Shown: positions 11,314-22,220 of the stretch, in pieces | Layout of the letters: the number at the start of each line of letters is the position of its first letter | Numbering within the stretch: position 1 is the stretch's first letter | Notes under the pieces: generated by a model | The model's input: the letters and a program-made list of their open reading frames with translations, nothing else | What the model was told of the DNA's origin: nothing | Databases searched by the model: none | Translations under genes and position numbers: made by a program | Assembly: GCA_000004985.1 (NCBI GenBank) | Contig: GG738857.1 | DNA: 64,000 nucleotides | Origin: Naegleria gruberi | Taxonomy: Eukaryota | Strand: one strand, 5' to 3'

Positions 11314-12236
11314 NNNNNNNNNNNNNNNNNNNNNNNNNNNNNNNNNNNNNNNNNNNNNNNNNNNNNNNNNNNNNNNNNNNNNNNNNNNNNNNNNNNNNNN
11401 NNNNNNNNNNNNNNNNNNNNNNNNNNNNNNNNNNNNNNNNNNNNNNNNNNNNNNNNNNNNNNNNNNNNNNNNNNNNNNNNNNNNNNNNNNNNNNNNNNNN
11501 NNNNNNNNNNNNNNNNNNNNNNNNNNNNNNNNNNNNNNNNNNNNNNNNNNNNNNNNNNNNNNNNNNNNNNNNNNNNNNNNNNNNNNNNNNNNNNNNNNNN
11601 NNNNNNNNNNNNNNNNNNNNNNNNNNNNNNNNNNNNNNNNNNNNNNNNNNNNNNNNNNNNNNNNNNNNNNNNNNNNNNNNNNNNNNNNNNNNNNNNNNNN
11701 NNNNNNNNNNNNNNNNNNNNNNNNNNNNNNNNNNNNNNNNNNNNNNNNNNNNNNNNNNNNNNNNNNNNNNNNNNNNNNNNNNNNNNNNNNNNNNNNNNNN
11801 NNNNNNNNNNNNNNNNNNNNNNNNNNNNNNNNNNNNNNNNNNNNNNNNNNNNNNNNNNNNNNNNNNNNNNNNNNNNNNNNNNNNNNNNNNNNNNNNNNNN
11901 NNNNNNNNNNNNNNNNNNNNNNNNNNNNNNNNNNNNNNNNNNNNNNNNNNNNNNNNNNNNNNNNNNNNNNNNNNNNNNNNNNNNNNNNNNNNNNNNNNNN
12001 NNNNNNNNNNNNNNNNNNNNNNNNNNNNNNNNNNNNNNNNNNNNNNNNNNNNNNNNNNNNNNNNNNNNNNNNNNNNNNNNNNNNNNNNNNNNNNNNNNNN
12101 NNNNNNNNNNNNNNNNNNNNNNNNNNNNNNNNNNNNNNNNNNNNNNNNNNNNNNNNNNNNNNNNNNNNNNNNNNNNNNNNNNNNNNNNNNNNNNNNNNNN
12201 NNNNNNNNNNNNNNNNNNNNNNNNNNNNNNNNNNNN
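11314..12236. other. Assembly gap (923 N)
   Basis: n run. The ORF-track entries translated as X across this span are artefacts. Confidence 0.99.
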
Positions 12237-14174
12237 CTCATCATTATCCTCTCCATCTGAAGATCGATTCGTATTTTTCACAAATAAACAGCAATAAATT
12301 GAACAACTCGAGAAACAGAGCAAAACTAAAAAGGTCAACCCTAACACTCCAACCATTCCATATCCAACCTCAATTGGGAATGTGTTAAAAATTGGAATCT
12401 TTGGACTTCTACTATAAATAAGTGGGAAGAATAAACAAATGGCAGAGAAGAGTAGAAAGATGAGTACAATAATCAATGTGCATAGCCCTCCAAAAGCACA
12501 GCACAGAGAATACCAAATATTATCACCTGGTGTTGAAGTTTGCTCAATCACTGCTGCAGGAATATAAATCCCAGAATTGTTACTTGTTGAAAAGGATGAA
12601 AAGTAGCTCGGTATCTTCTTAATTTGAACAATATTCTGATTCAAATCTTGTTGGTGAACTGCTTGTTGCTGCTGCTGACCTTCTTGATTGCCGATTGCTG
12701 CTGCTGTTGCATTAGTGTTAGCTCCATTTCCCTCTTCAAGTTTGTGTTGTTGGTTTGGATTTTCCATTGTATTGACATTCTGGTGTTCATTCTCGTCCTT
12801 TGTGTGAAGTTTGAAAAGTGTTTTAATTCCCTCAAAGTTTTCAGCACTCGTTATATGCAAATAACACAGCAATTGTTCACTCGTATACTTGGACAGCAAT
12901 CTCTTACTTCTATAATAGTCATAGTAACGATAGTTTTGTCTGAGCTTTCTTCTCTTTGATTCCAATTCTTCAACTTCTTGATTATCTATGATATTGTGAT
13001 AATCAAATTCAATTTCAAAATTTGGGAAAAACTTGACTCCAATATCATAAATTGCTTCCTCAAATACCTCGTGATAATGTGCCAGAGTTGACTTTCTAAA
13101 TTTGTGTTTTGGTCTATTCTTAATATTAAATACTATACAAAGGAGAATGCATCCAACAAGTGTAATTGTGAAAATTGCACTCAAAACTATTGAAAAAGTT
13201 CCTTCAGCAACTGCATCTTTTAAAACTACAAAGTAAATGAGAGCTAGTGCCAAAGTACCGACAGCAGCTGCCAAAGTTGAAACACACAAAATGAAAAGGT
13301 AGACATTGACAGATTCGAATATTGAACATTTCATCAATTCATCTTGAGTAATTCGTTTCATCACATTTCCCAATAGCATTAATTCCTTTCTCTGTTTATC
13401 AGTCAAATTCAATGAATGAAGTGAATAAATTATTTGTTGTTGTTGCAAAATGGTCAATCGTGTTCTCAAATGTGCTGGAATTTGTGGAATTTCAGAAAGT
13501 AAATCAAACGAAATTGGTGGAGGATCTTGACTTTTCAACAATTCCAATTCATCAGGTGTAAAATCAAGATCATTATCTAACAAATCATTTTCTGTATCGT
13601 CATCATCATAATCTTCCTTTCGTTTCTTTTTCTTCTTTTTTCCTGAATTTTCTTGTTTTTGATCTACTGCACCTTGTTGCTCAACTGTTGTTGCTGTTGC
13701 TGTTGCCACTACTACACCTGCTAATTGTTGTTGTTGTTGTGGTTGTTGTGGTGATTGAGGCACAGTGGAAGGAGAGGCAACTCTATTTGGTTGTAAAGGA
13801 TGATCATTGGTTGTAATGGGTGGTGAACAGGCAATATTTCCATCATTGTGAATGTTATTGTTGTTGGTACTGCTGTTGTTCGGAATATTGTTCAATTGTA
13901 CTGTCATTTCCTGTTGTTGTTGTTGTTGTTGCAAATTCAAATTCAAATTCAAATTATTAATAGTATTATTATTAGTATTGGAATTAATTTGATTTGGTGG
14001 TAATGAGACAAGTGTTGGTTGATCGAAATTTCTAGTGATGGTTTTTTCGGGAGAGTTATTGTTTATATCTGGTAGGACAACAATAATTTGAGAAGCATCA
14101 TGGTTAGTCGTGGCCACCTCCTCCAATTTGGACTTGTCACTTGCTTGTTCGTTATTGGGATGGAGTTGTGACAT
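12237..14174 (-). CDS. Poly-Q/N-rich multi-pass membrane protein. It starts at ATG 14174 and its C-terminus is lost in the gap.
   Basis: ORF 11160-14174 minus the gap portion. The N-terminus has long N/Q/T-rich tracts (NNNTINNLNLNLNLQQQQQQQ), followed by two hydrophobic multi-helix blocks. Confidence 0.5.
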
Positions 14175-14510
14175 TTTTTTACAGTTGTTGCGATGGCATT
14201 GATGAGTTTTCGTTGTTTATTTTGAAGCATTGTCTTCATTATCAGAAAAAGGAAGGTGGAGACTTTATGAATCAGGTGAGTATCACTTTCGGCGTTATCA
14301 TGTTTGTATTGTGGACGTCGTTGCTTGATATCATCATGTGTGCCTTGATTTTCAATGCAATTGATGAATGGGATTCTCTCTCTTTATGAAGGGAGGATGT
14401 TTTGTTGAGGAGAACAATAATTACAGTTCCTTATTAGCATTTGAAATATACGTACGAAATGAAGGAAGTTGGAAATGGAACTGCTTTAGAACAGTAGTAG
14501 TTCAGGATTT

Positions 14511-16724
14511 TTACATGACCAAACACTTGTCCTTATTATTTGGTCCTGTGGCTACGTGAAGTGTATCACCAAAGTTGAAGACATACTTGACGAAACTGTT
14601 CCAATCGATGGTTCTGGCTACTTTTCCAAATTTGTTGCACTTGTGGTACTGTTGGACAATGGCTTGTTCTAGTGCCTTATTATTGGTAATGTTTTCTCCA
14701 GTTTCACTGCTCACTTCAACATAGATTGGAGGAACAGAGCTGTAGATAAATTTGTTCTTGATGATATCTTCCACTTGTTCCTTAATATAAATGTGTTCAG
14801 CAACATCGTCCATAATATCTAACTTGTTACCACAAATAATGATAGGTATTTGTGAGAGTTCGAGAAAATGTTTCCTGTTGAGAATTTGATCAATAATCTT
14901 TTGAGTGTATGGGAGAGTTTGTTCTGAATTAGTCAAATCAAAAAGAAGGATGAATAAATCAAAATGACTAATATTGTAATCTAAAAGTATATCAGATACA
15001 TCTTGTCCAGGTGTATCAAAAATATCAATACTATAAGTTTCATTATCAATAGTTATCAAATCATCCTCTGGGTTATGCTCAAAGAATTCGTCATAGTTTC
15101 TGTGAGCAAATTTCATTGAGAGCATACTTTTACCTGTTGTCTTGTCTCCCATGATTGCTACCCTGATGATTCGAGATTGAGATTCTGTTGAGAACTTGTC
15201 ATTTTCCAAATATTCCTCTTCCTCAATTTGTTCCTCACTTTTTCTGAATGTTTTGTACATGGTTTCATAATCGAGAGTATTATTGGAGCTGTATGTACGT
15301 CTGTGAGATACTCGTGAAGGAGTGGCAGTTAAGCCGCCTGCACCACCTCTTTGTGGTGTAGTTGGAATGGAGCCCATTGATGTATTATGAGAGGGAGTTG
15401 GTGGAAAATTAAAGCTGTCATGAGGGAGCAATAGTAAATTTGAATTTGATGATGAATTGCTCAATCCTCGGTCTCTTGTAGTATCTGATAATTGATCAAG
15501 TGATACTCTGCCTGAATATTCTGTAAGTTCTTCGTTACTATTGCAATCGGTAGAAGTAAGGTTAGTGAGTGTGTTGGTATTATTATTTACAAAACTTCCA
15601 TTTCTTGATGGAGTTCTTGGAGAAGCTAAAGAACCAAAATTGGCACTACTTGGATAATCGAAACTATTCGTCACATTGAATGATTGAGATCTGCCGTGGC
15701 GTACTCTGGATGGATGTTTCCTCTTTCCTTTTTCAATTTCTGTATTTCTGTACAAATACCATGCGTGATTAATTTTTGAAAACAAACCCTTATAGTCTGT
15801 TGGATTGGATTGTGAAATATTGTCACTGATTGATTGTCTGTGGAAGTAATCAGTGTTTTTCAGAGCTGTCAGTGAGATTGCTTTATCAGGTTTCTTATCT
15901 GGCATTTGCTCACTTATGTGTTTCAGCTCGGTAACGTAATTTCTAATATCTCTGAGAATGAGCCTATTGGTATCCTCTGATGTCATCCACAAAAACTTTA
16001 AATGTAAAACATCTGCATAAAAGATTGGTGAAAAGTGCCTTCTCACAACAAAAAAGAAATCCTTATTGACAAGCTCCAAGCTATGAATGACATCTCTCAT
16101 AACAGTCACACAGTCAATCAATCCTATCATACCCTTTCCATATATTTTAGAAGGACGACGAGCTCTTCTACTGGAAGAATGCGACGTAGTATTTACACTA
16201 AGCAAATTCATTGCTGATTGAAAAATGTTATTCACCATACCCTTGCTTTCTGCAACATCCACTCTATCCGAAATGATTGGAATTAAAAACAAGAGAATGT
16301 GTTTAGTAATTTCTCTATTCCACATGATTTTTGTACTATGTCCAAATCCAAAATTAAATAAATTCTTCCTAACTGATCCTCCTTGAACATTTCCACGATC
16401 AATAGAAGTTCTTATATCGGATGAACGATCAATACTCGTTCTAGAAACTGCATTAGGTGGTGTTTTTAAAGGTGATGCTCCTTTTAAATTAGGTGTTGCT
16501 GGTGATATATTTTCATTAATATTATTGTTGGCCGTAGTGGCAAAAGTTATTGATGTTGTAGAAGGAAGAATTGATGATGATTTTGATGGTGTTTTACTCT
16601 CCTTTTCGGGTGGCGAAGCAATACTAACTGTTATCAGTGTATTAGAAGAATCGGATGTATTCTTGTTCTTATTTGTGTCCGACACTGATGATGATGAGGA
16701 TGTTGTTGATTGTTTACTCATCAC
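14511..16724 (-). CDS. Ras-superfamily small GTPase domain protein with a roughly 450-aa Ser/Thr/Asn-rich N-terminal extension
   Basis: C-terminal G-domain motifs: G1 IMGDKTTGKS, G3 DTPGQ, G4 GNKLD. 737-aa intact ORF. Confidence 0.6.
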   Translation of the reverse strand: MMSKQSTTSSSSSVSDTNKNKNTSDSSNTLITVSIASPPEKESKTPSKSSSILPSTTSITFATTANNNINENISPATPNLKGASPLKTPPNAVSRTSIDRSSDIRTSIDRGNVQGGSVRKNLFNFGFGHSTKIMWNREITKHILLFLIPIISDRVDVAESKGMVNNIFQSAMNLLSVNTTSHSSSRRARRPSKIYGKGMIGLIDCVTVMRDVIHSLELVNKDFFFVVRRHFSPIFYADVLHLKFLWMTSEDTNRLILRDIRNYVTELKHISEQMPDKKPDKAISLTALKNTDYFHRQSISDNISQSNPTDYKGLFSKINHAWYLYRNTEIEKGKRKHPSRVRHGRSQSFNVTNSFDYPSSANFGSLASPRTPSRNGSFVNNNTNTLTNLTSTDCNSNEELTEYSGRVSLDQLSDTTRDRGLSNSSSNSNLLLLPHDSFNFPPTPSHNTSMGSIPTTPQRGGAGGLTATPSRVSHRRTYSSNNTLDYETMYKTFRKSEEQIEEEEYLENDKFSTESQSRIIRVAIMGDKTTGKSMLSMKFAHRNYDEFFEHNPEDDLITIDNETYSIDIFDTPGQDVSDILLDYNISHFDLFILLFDLTNSEQTLPYTQKIIDQILNRKHFLELSQIPIIICGNKLDIMDDVAEHIYIKEQVEDIIKNKFIYSSVPPIYVEVSSETGENITNNKALEQAIVQQYHKCNKFGKVARTIDWNSFVKYVFNFGDTLHVATGPNNKDKCLVM

Positions 16725-16922
16725 GAATTTTTTTTTTAATTTAATTCAAAAAGACCATTTTTACTTTTAGTTAACGGTACAATTTTTGCGAGACAGGCAA
16801 CGTTTGCTTGCTTGAAAAAACAATATTAAGGGCGGGAAATCTTGAATAACTTTGCAAAACCAATTCATTTATTTAAAATTAAGGAATAGGCAAGCTTTTA
16901 AAAAAAAATCAACAATATCCCC

Positions 16923-17878
16923 GTGCGGATTTTTTCATTTTCGTTGAACGAGGATATGAAGAACGTTAATACAGCAATTGTGTTACGAGGACTCCTTCAT
17001 AATAATTGTTTCGGAGTGCTGAAGGGAAGGAATAGAATGGGAATCACGAGGAGAGGAGGATATAATCCCTTCGGAATTCAATTTTTGGTAGTATTCTTAA
17101 TAATTACGATTTATGTTACCTCGACTTGGAAGGAAACAGTTTTCTGCAGAGAACAAGTTAATTACCCTGCCCAGCAACATCAAAAGCTTGTGGAAAGTTT
17201 GTTGAATATTGTAACCTCTCCCAGAGAGAGAAACATATCGGAGACATTTTCCCTCTTGTCTCACAATTATTATTTAAAGGTTTACGGTTCTGTGAAGGAT
17301 TCATCAATTAGCTTTTCAGGCTCGTACAAAGGACCAAAAGCTTGGGAATTGTTTTACAAACAGTTGAGTAAGGTTTTCAATTTGAATAAGTATGAATTTA
17401 AGGAATACACATTCATGGCTGGTCCTACTGGTCAAGTGAATCAATCGAGCGTTGTTCAGTTATACGATATTCATCATACAATTTATCAGAGCCTTAAGGT
17501 TTCAATAAGTGAGATGATTTATTTCGAAAGTGATCCTCTCAATAATGTAATCACTGAAACTCATTTGTTTTGTGACACCAATCACTTGGCAAACGTTCTT
17601 TCAGTTGACAGTGGAAAGACAGACACTGAAACTTTCTTTGTTGTTGGAGCTGGATTAATTGGCATGCTAATCGGATCAGGTAGGTCAATTTCACGTATTT
17701 TATTTCCTAACTGGATCTATTATTGCTTTAAATGATCTTGTCAAAAGCCATTGCAACAACTGCCATTCTTCTTTGTCAAGATTTGAGAAGGAGAATAAAA
17801 CAAGCGGAAAAGGATAGGATGAGAAAGGTTACCCTCATGAACAATTCATTTACCGAGCCGCCAATGTTATTGAGATGA
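16923..17878 (+). CDS. Single-pass membrane protein of unknown function with 2 exons (16923-17679, 17748-17878). The first Met may instead be the one at about 17037.
   Basis: Donor GTAGGT at 17680 and acceptor AAAG at 17747, phase 1. The joined sequence gives a TM helix FFVVGAGLIGMLIGSAIATTAILLC followed by a basic tail QDLRRRIKQAEKDRMRK and a TGA stop. Confidence 0.5.
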
Positions 17879-18316
17879 AGCTCAAGTAATTTGATTTACA
17901 GTTTCGTTTTCAAAAGAGGATCTTGAAAAAACGGACTTATTTCTTCTGTGTTAGAATACAACTTGGAAATCGTCTCATATTGCTTTGGTAAATTGGAAAC
18001 AAACCAAGAAGACCGTTATTTTTAAAACGGCCGTACATTTACATAAGGTCCGCTAATGATTTTTTTAACAAGACGGTCAACCAGCAAGTCTCAATCAATT
18101 TGCTTCAACTCCAACTCAAATATTAGCGCACGATTAATTATAGCTTCCTACGCAGTATTGTGCACGTGTTGAAAATGTTGTTTTCCTTGATAACGCAATT
18201 ACGTAATGAAATGCATTACTCTCAACCAAAAAAAACAAATTGACAGCTCTCGACAGCAATCATTACAGCATAAAACATTCTCTAAACAACCATTTTACTA
18301 ACAGACTCAAATAAAA

Positions 18317-18828
18317 ATGGTTTCCGATAGTCACTTCCACTCCTCATCCTCCCAGCAGGATTTCCAACAAGTTGTGCAACAATACAAGTTTACCATAGAA
18401 GCAATTTTCGATAACCAAGAAGCAAGAGCTTTGTTTAGAAGCTTTTTGAAGAAGGATTTGAATGAAGGTATGTTGTGATGTTTAGTTTTATTGTTTATTA
18501 ATTACAAATTCTTTACAAATAGAACCATTCCTTTTCTATGAATCTGTTGAAAAGTATAACAAGACAAGACTTGATAAGAATAGATTCGAATTGGCTAGTG
18601 AAATAATAGACAAGTTTATGGTTGTGGGAGCTCAACACGAATTGAATTTGTCAACTACACTGAGGAATGACATTTTGAAATCATGGAAACAAATATACGA
18701 AAAGAATAAGGATTTACCTGACTCTGATTTGATAACGTGTCCAAAAGATTTATTCACTAAGGCCCAAGACATAATTTTCATTGAACTCAAACAAGATAAT
18801 TTCCCAAGATTTGTAAATTCAGAAACTT
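18317..18828 (+). CDS. RGS (regulator of G-protein signalling) domain protein with 2 exons (18317-18467, 18523-...). The 3' part is lost in the assembly gap.
   Basis: MVSDSHFHSSSSQQDFQQVVQQYKFTIEAIFDNQEARALFRSFLKKDLNE|EPFLFYESVEKYNK... matches the RGS-domain consensus (F..FL..E.SEEnL.F...v..Y). Intron GTATGT...AAATAG, 55 nt. Confidence 0.6.
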
Positions 18829-19993
18829 NNNNNNNNNNNNNNNNNNNNNNNNNNNNNNNNNNNNNNNNNNNNNNNNNNNNNNNNNNNNNNNNNNNNNNNN
18901 NNNNNNNNNNNNNNNNNNNNNNNNNNNNNNNNNNNNNNNNNNNNNNNNNNNNNNNNNNNNNNNNNNNNNNNNNNNNNNNNNNNNNNNNNNNNNNNNNNNN
19001 NNNNNNNNNNNNNNNNNNNNNNNNNNNNNNNNNNNNNNNNNNNNNNNNNNNNNNNNNNNNNNNNNNNNNNNNNNNNNNNNNNNNNNNNNNNNNNNNNNNN
19101 NNNNNNNNNNNNNNNNNNNNNNNNNNNNNNNNNNNNNNNNNNNNNNNNNNNNNNNNNNNNNNNNNNNNNNNNNNNNNNNNNNNNNNNNNNNNNNNNNNNN
19201 NNNNNNNNNNNNNNNNNNNNNNNNNNNNNNNNNNNNNNNNNNNNNNNNNNNNNNNNNNNNNNNNNNNNNNNNNNNNNNNNNNNNNNNNNNNNNNNNNNNN
19301 NNNNNNNNNNNNNNNNNNNNNNNNNNNNNNNNNNNNNNNNNNNNNNNNNNNNNNNNNNNNNNNNNNNNNNNNNNNNNNNNNNNNNNNNNNNNNNNNNNNN
19401 NNNNNNNNNNNNNNNNNNNNNNNNNNNNNNNNNNNNNNNNNNNNNNNNNNNNNNNNNNNNNNNNNNNNNNNNNNNNNNNNNNNNNNNNNNNNNNNNNNNN
19501 NNNNNNNNNNNNNNNNNNNNNNNNNNNNNNNNNNNNNNNNNNNNNNNNNNNNNNNNNNNNNNNNNNNNNNNNNNNNNNNNNNNNNNNNNNNNNNNNNNNN
19601 NNNNNNNNNNNNNNNNNNNNNNNNNNNNNNNNNNNNNNNNNNNNNNNNNNNNNNNNNNNNNNNNNNNNNNNNNNNNNNNNNNNNNNNNNNNNNNNNNNNN
19701 NNNNNNNNNNNNNNNNNNNNNNNNNNNNNNNNNNNNNNNNNNNNNNNNNNNNNNNNNNNNNNNNNNNNNNNNNNNNNNNNNNNNNNNNNNNNNNNNNNNN
19801 NNNNNNNNNNNNNNNNNNNNNNNNNNNNNNNNNNNNNNNNNNNNNNNNNNNNNNNNNNNNNNNNNNNNNNNNNNNNNNNNNNNNNNNNNNNNNNNNNNNN
19901 NNNNNNNNNNNNNNNNNNNNNNNNNNNNNNNNNNNNNNNNNNNNNNNNNNNNNNNNNNNNNNNNNNNNNNNNNNNNNNNNNNNNNNNNNNNNN
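18829..19993. other. Assembly gap (1165 N)
   Basis: n run. Confidence 0.99.
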
Positions 19994-20008
19994 TTGAATT
20001 ATTGTAAT

Positions 20009-20989
20009 TTACCACATTTCAGCCAGTCTGAAATTGCTTGCAAAGTAAGTTGTAATAAGACCTCCCCAAACATGTGGACCATAATAAGTAGATTGAATGT
20101 ACCACCTATCTGGATTCTTATAAGCAGCAGGAATATTATTTGCAGTGTCAGCAACAACTTGACGAAGTCTTGGCTTGACATCCTTAGAAAAGACAAGAGT
20201 TTGTCCCACAGTTGGATAGGTCAATTCATAGGAAGCAATCACATCATCATAACCCCATGTATTTGTAGTATTAGTGGCAGCTCCATTGAAAAACCAATTC
20301 TTATTTGGAACACGTGATGGACTAACTGAGGCATAATGCAAATTGAGTTGATAGAAAAGTGTCAAACTTGGAGCATCATAATTCTTCAACACAAATGAGG
20401 TAATGAAAGTAGCTTGAGTAATACATGAAGAAGCAACTTGTTGAATGTAATAGGGTCTTACATTTATGGTATGTAATAATTGCTTTCCATTATTGGCAAG
20501 TGGACCTTCAATTGCTGGAACGAAAGGGGCAGTATCATACGTATTGGAAGTGGTTGGTTCAGCAAATAAATTGGCTTCCACACCACAACCTAACAAATTA
20601 CCATTCAGGGCTAGCTCAATAGTATCATTTCCTGGAGTGAAAACAACACGAGAGCTTGGATTAGCTACAGAATATTGATTATTGAAAGCATTGAGTTCGT
20701 AAGCATTTTCCCATTGAGCAACATGCCAATTTGAAACACCAGGGGTTCCAGGAGTTTTCAAATTTCTATTGTAAACTTTGGCGCCCATCTTGTAACCTGT
20801 GGCTTTAGGTACAAGGTCATTGTAAGTGACAGCCAAAACCAAGACAACTTGATAGAGGAACACTGTTGTAAAGATTAAGAGAAATCTTGATGAATATTTG
20901 GATAACATTTTTTTTTTGAATGGAAATTTAGAGATCTTTAAAGCTGATGTTAAATAGCTTTTCGAAACTTGCCGAATCGTTCGTGTCAT
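20009..20989 (-). CDS. Secreted protein of unknown family, about 300 aa. The probable start is the internal Met of MLSKYSSRFLLIFTTVFLYQVVLVLA.
   Basis: Intact 326-aa ORF with an N-terminal signal peptide, and Gly/Asn/Trp-rich with no TM helix. No family recognised by eye. Confidence 0.5.
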   Translation of the reverse strand: MTRTIRQVSKSYLTSALKISKFPFKKKMLSKYSSRFLLIFTTVFLYQVVLVLAVTYNDLVPKATGYKMGAKVYNRNLKTPGTPGVSNWHVAQWENAYELNAFNNQYSVANPSSRVVFTPGNDTIELALNGNLLGCGVEANLFAEPTTSNTYDTAPFVPAIEGPLANNGKQLLHTINVRPYYIQQVASSCITQATFITSFVLKNYDAPSLTLFYQLNLHYASVSPSRVPNKNWFFNGAATNTTNTWGYDDVIASYELTYPTVGQTLVFSKDVKPRLRQVVADTANNIPAAYKNPDRWYIQSTYYGPHVWGGLITTYFASNFRLAEMW

Positions 20990-21217
20990 TTGTTTACAAT
21001 GTGGAAATGTGATATTAATGAACGAGCTAGAAGTTCGATAGAGAACTCGTTATTTCTTTCTTATAAGGAAATGGAATATTAACATCTTCTAATAAAATAC
21101 CCTCCAATTTCAACTACAATTTGTTTATTAGAAACCTTTCTAACTTATTTTACAACCATATAAATTTCATTGTTATTCATCAATGAAAACAGTTGAAATT
21201 ATTCATTGCCAGTAAAT

Positions 21218-21458
21218 TAGATTGTTCTATTGGAAATAGAACAGAAGAGATTTGTAAAATAAGGAATTATTTGATTGGTTAAATGATTAATTTCTATTGG
21301 TTGAACATGTTGTAAATATTGTGATGGAGCAATTCAATTTAGTATAAATTGAACGTTGACAACACTCAATAACACTCAAGAGCTCCAAAGAAAATGTCTC
21401 AACAACAACAATCACAACAAAATCAACAAACTCTACAATCCTACCAACCAACCAACAG
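21218..21458 (+). repeat. Terminal repeat A1 of the element. It contains the ORF1 start codon and the first codons of ORF1.
   Basis: Direct repeat of 25142-25374. A2 has a 9-bp deletion (taaaataag) relative to A1. Confidence 0.8.
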
Positions 21459-22122
21459 TTTTGATGCTTTCTCTACTAGAGATATGAATATTCCACAACA
21501 AAATCAACAACCTACTCAACAAACAACCCCACAAACAACTCAACAACCTAATCTCCAACCAAATCTTCAACCTAATCTCCAACCTCCTCAAGATGAAGAG
21601 GATGAAGAAGATGTTATCTTCAATGATAAAGAAGAAATTGATAATTTAACAGACCAACTCATGGAATTGTTTTACAAAGCAAAGCATAACAATATCAAGT
21701 TTGGTTCATTGCAAGATTTAGTTCTAATGACTTCATTTGAAAAACCAGTCATCAGTAAAGAGAAGGGTAAAGAATTACAACAGGAACTCAATTCCATTAC
21801 TGCTGGTCATTCAGTTCTGTTTGGTAATAATAGATCCAACGAGTTGACCAATGAGAAGTTGAGAAATGATTATAACTTTGTACTCATGGTTGGTAAAATG
21901 AGCGAAAGAATGTTCAAAGTTAGTTCTGCCCAAGAAATGTCTAACATTATGAACCTATTAATTAATGTTGCTACCTTTAGAAAGACAATTTATGATGTAG
22001 CATTATCCACCAATTCTGTAGATAAGATTGCAAATGTCGAAAATACGATGTCAGTTTCTGCTAATCCCTACACTAATGAGGTTATGAAGGAATTAAAAAA
22101 AAGAAAAGAAGAAAGAAACTGA
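21394..22122 (+). CDS. Element ORF1, a gag-like protein (Q/N/P-rich N-terminus, 242 aa)
   Basis: Position and composition are typical of DIRS-like ORF1. No zinc knuckle seen. Confidence 0.5.
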   Translation: MSQQQQSQQNQQTLQSYQPTNSFDAFSTRDMNIPQQNQQPTQQTTPQTTQQPNLQPNLQPNLQPPQDEEDEEDVIFNDKEEIDNLTDQLMELFYKAKHNNIKFGSLQDLVLMTSFEKPVISKEKGKELQQELNSITAGHSVLFGNNRSNELTNEKLRNDYNFVLMVGKMSERMFKVSSAQEMSNIMNLLINVATFRKTIYDVALSTNSVDKIANVENTMSVSANPYTNEVMKELKKRKEERN

Positions 22123-22220
22123 AACTAACATTTTCCAAATGGTAAAGAATAGAAATAATAATTACAGACACGACTATAACAAAAGGAAAAGAGACAGTAG
22201 TAGTTACAACCAAAAACAAT

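Noticed and set aside
11309-12256. ORFs translated as long runs of X (11309-12256 minus, 18591-19997 plus, 18819-20015 minus, and the X portions of 9179-12388 and 11160-14174)
   Set aside because: They run through N-gaps and are artefacts of translating n's.
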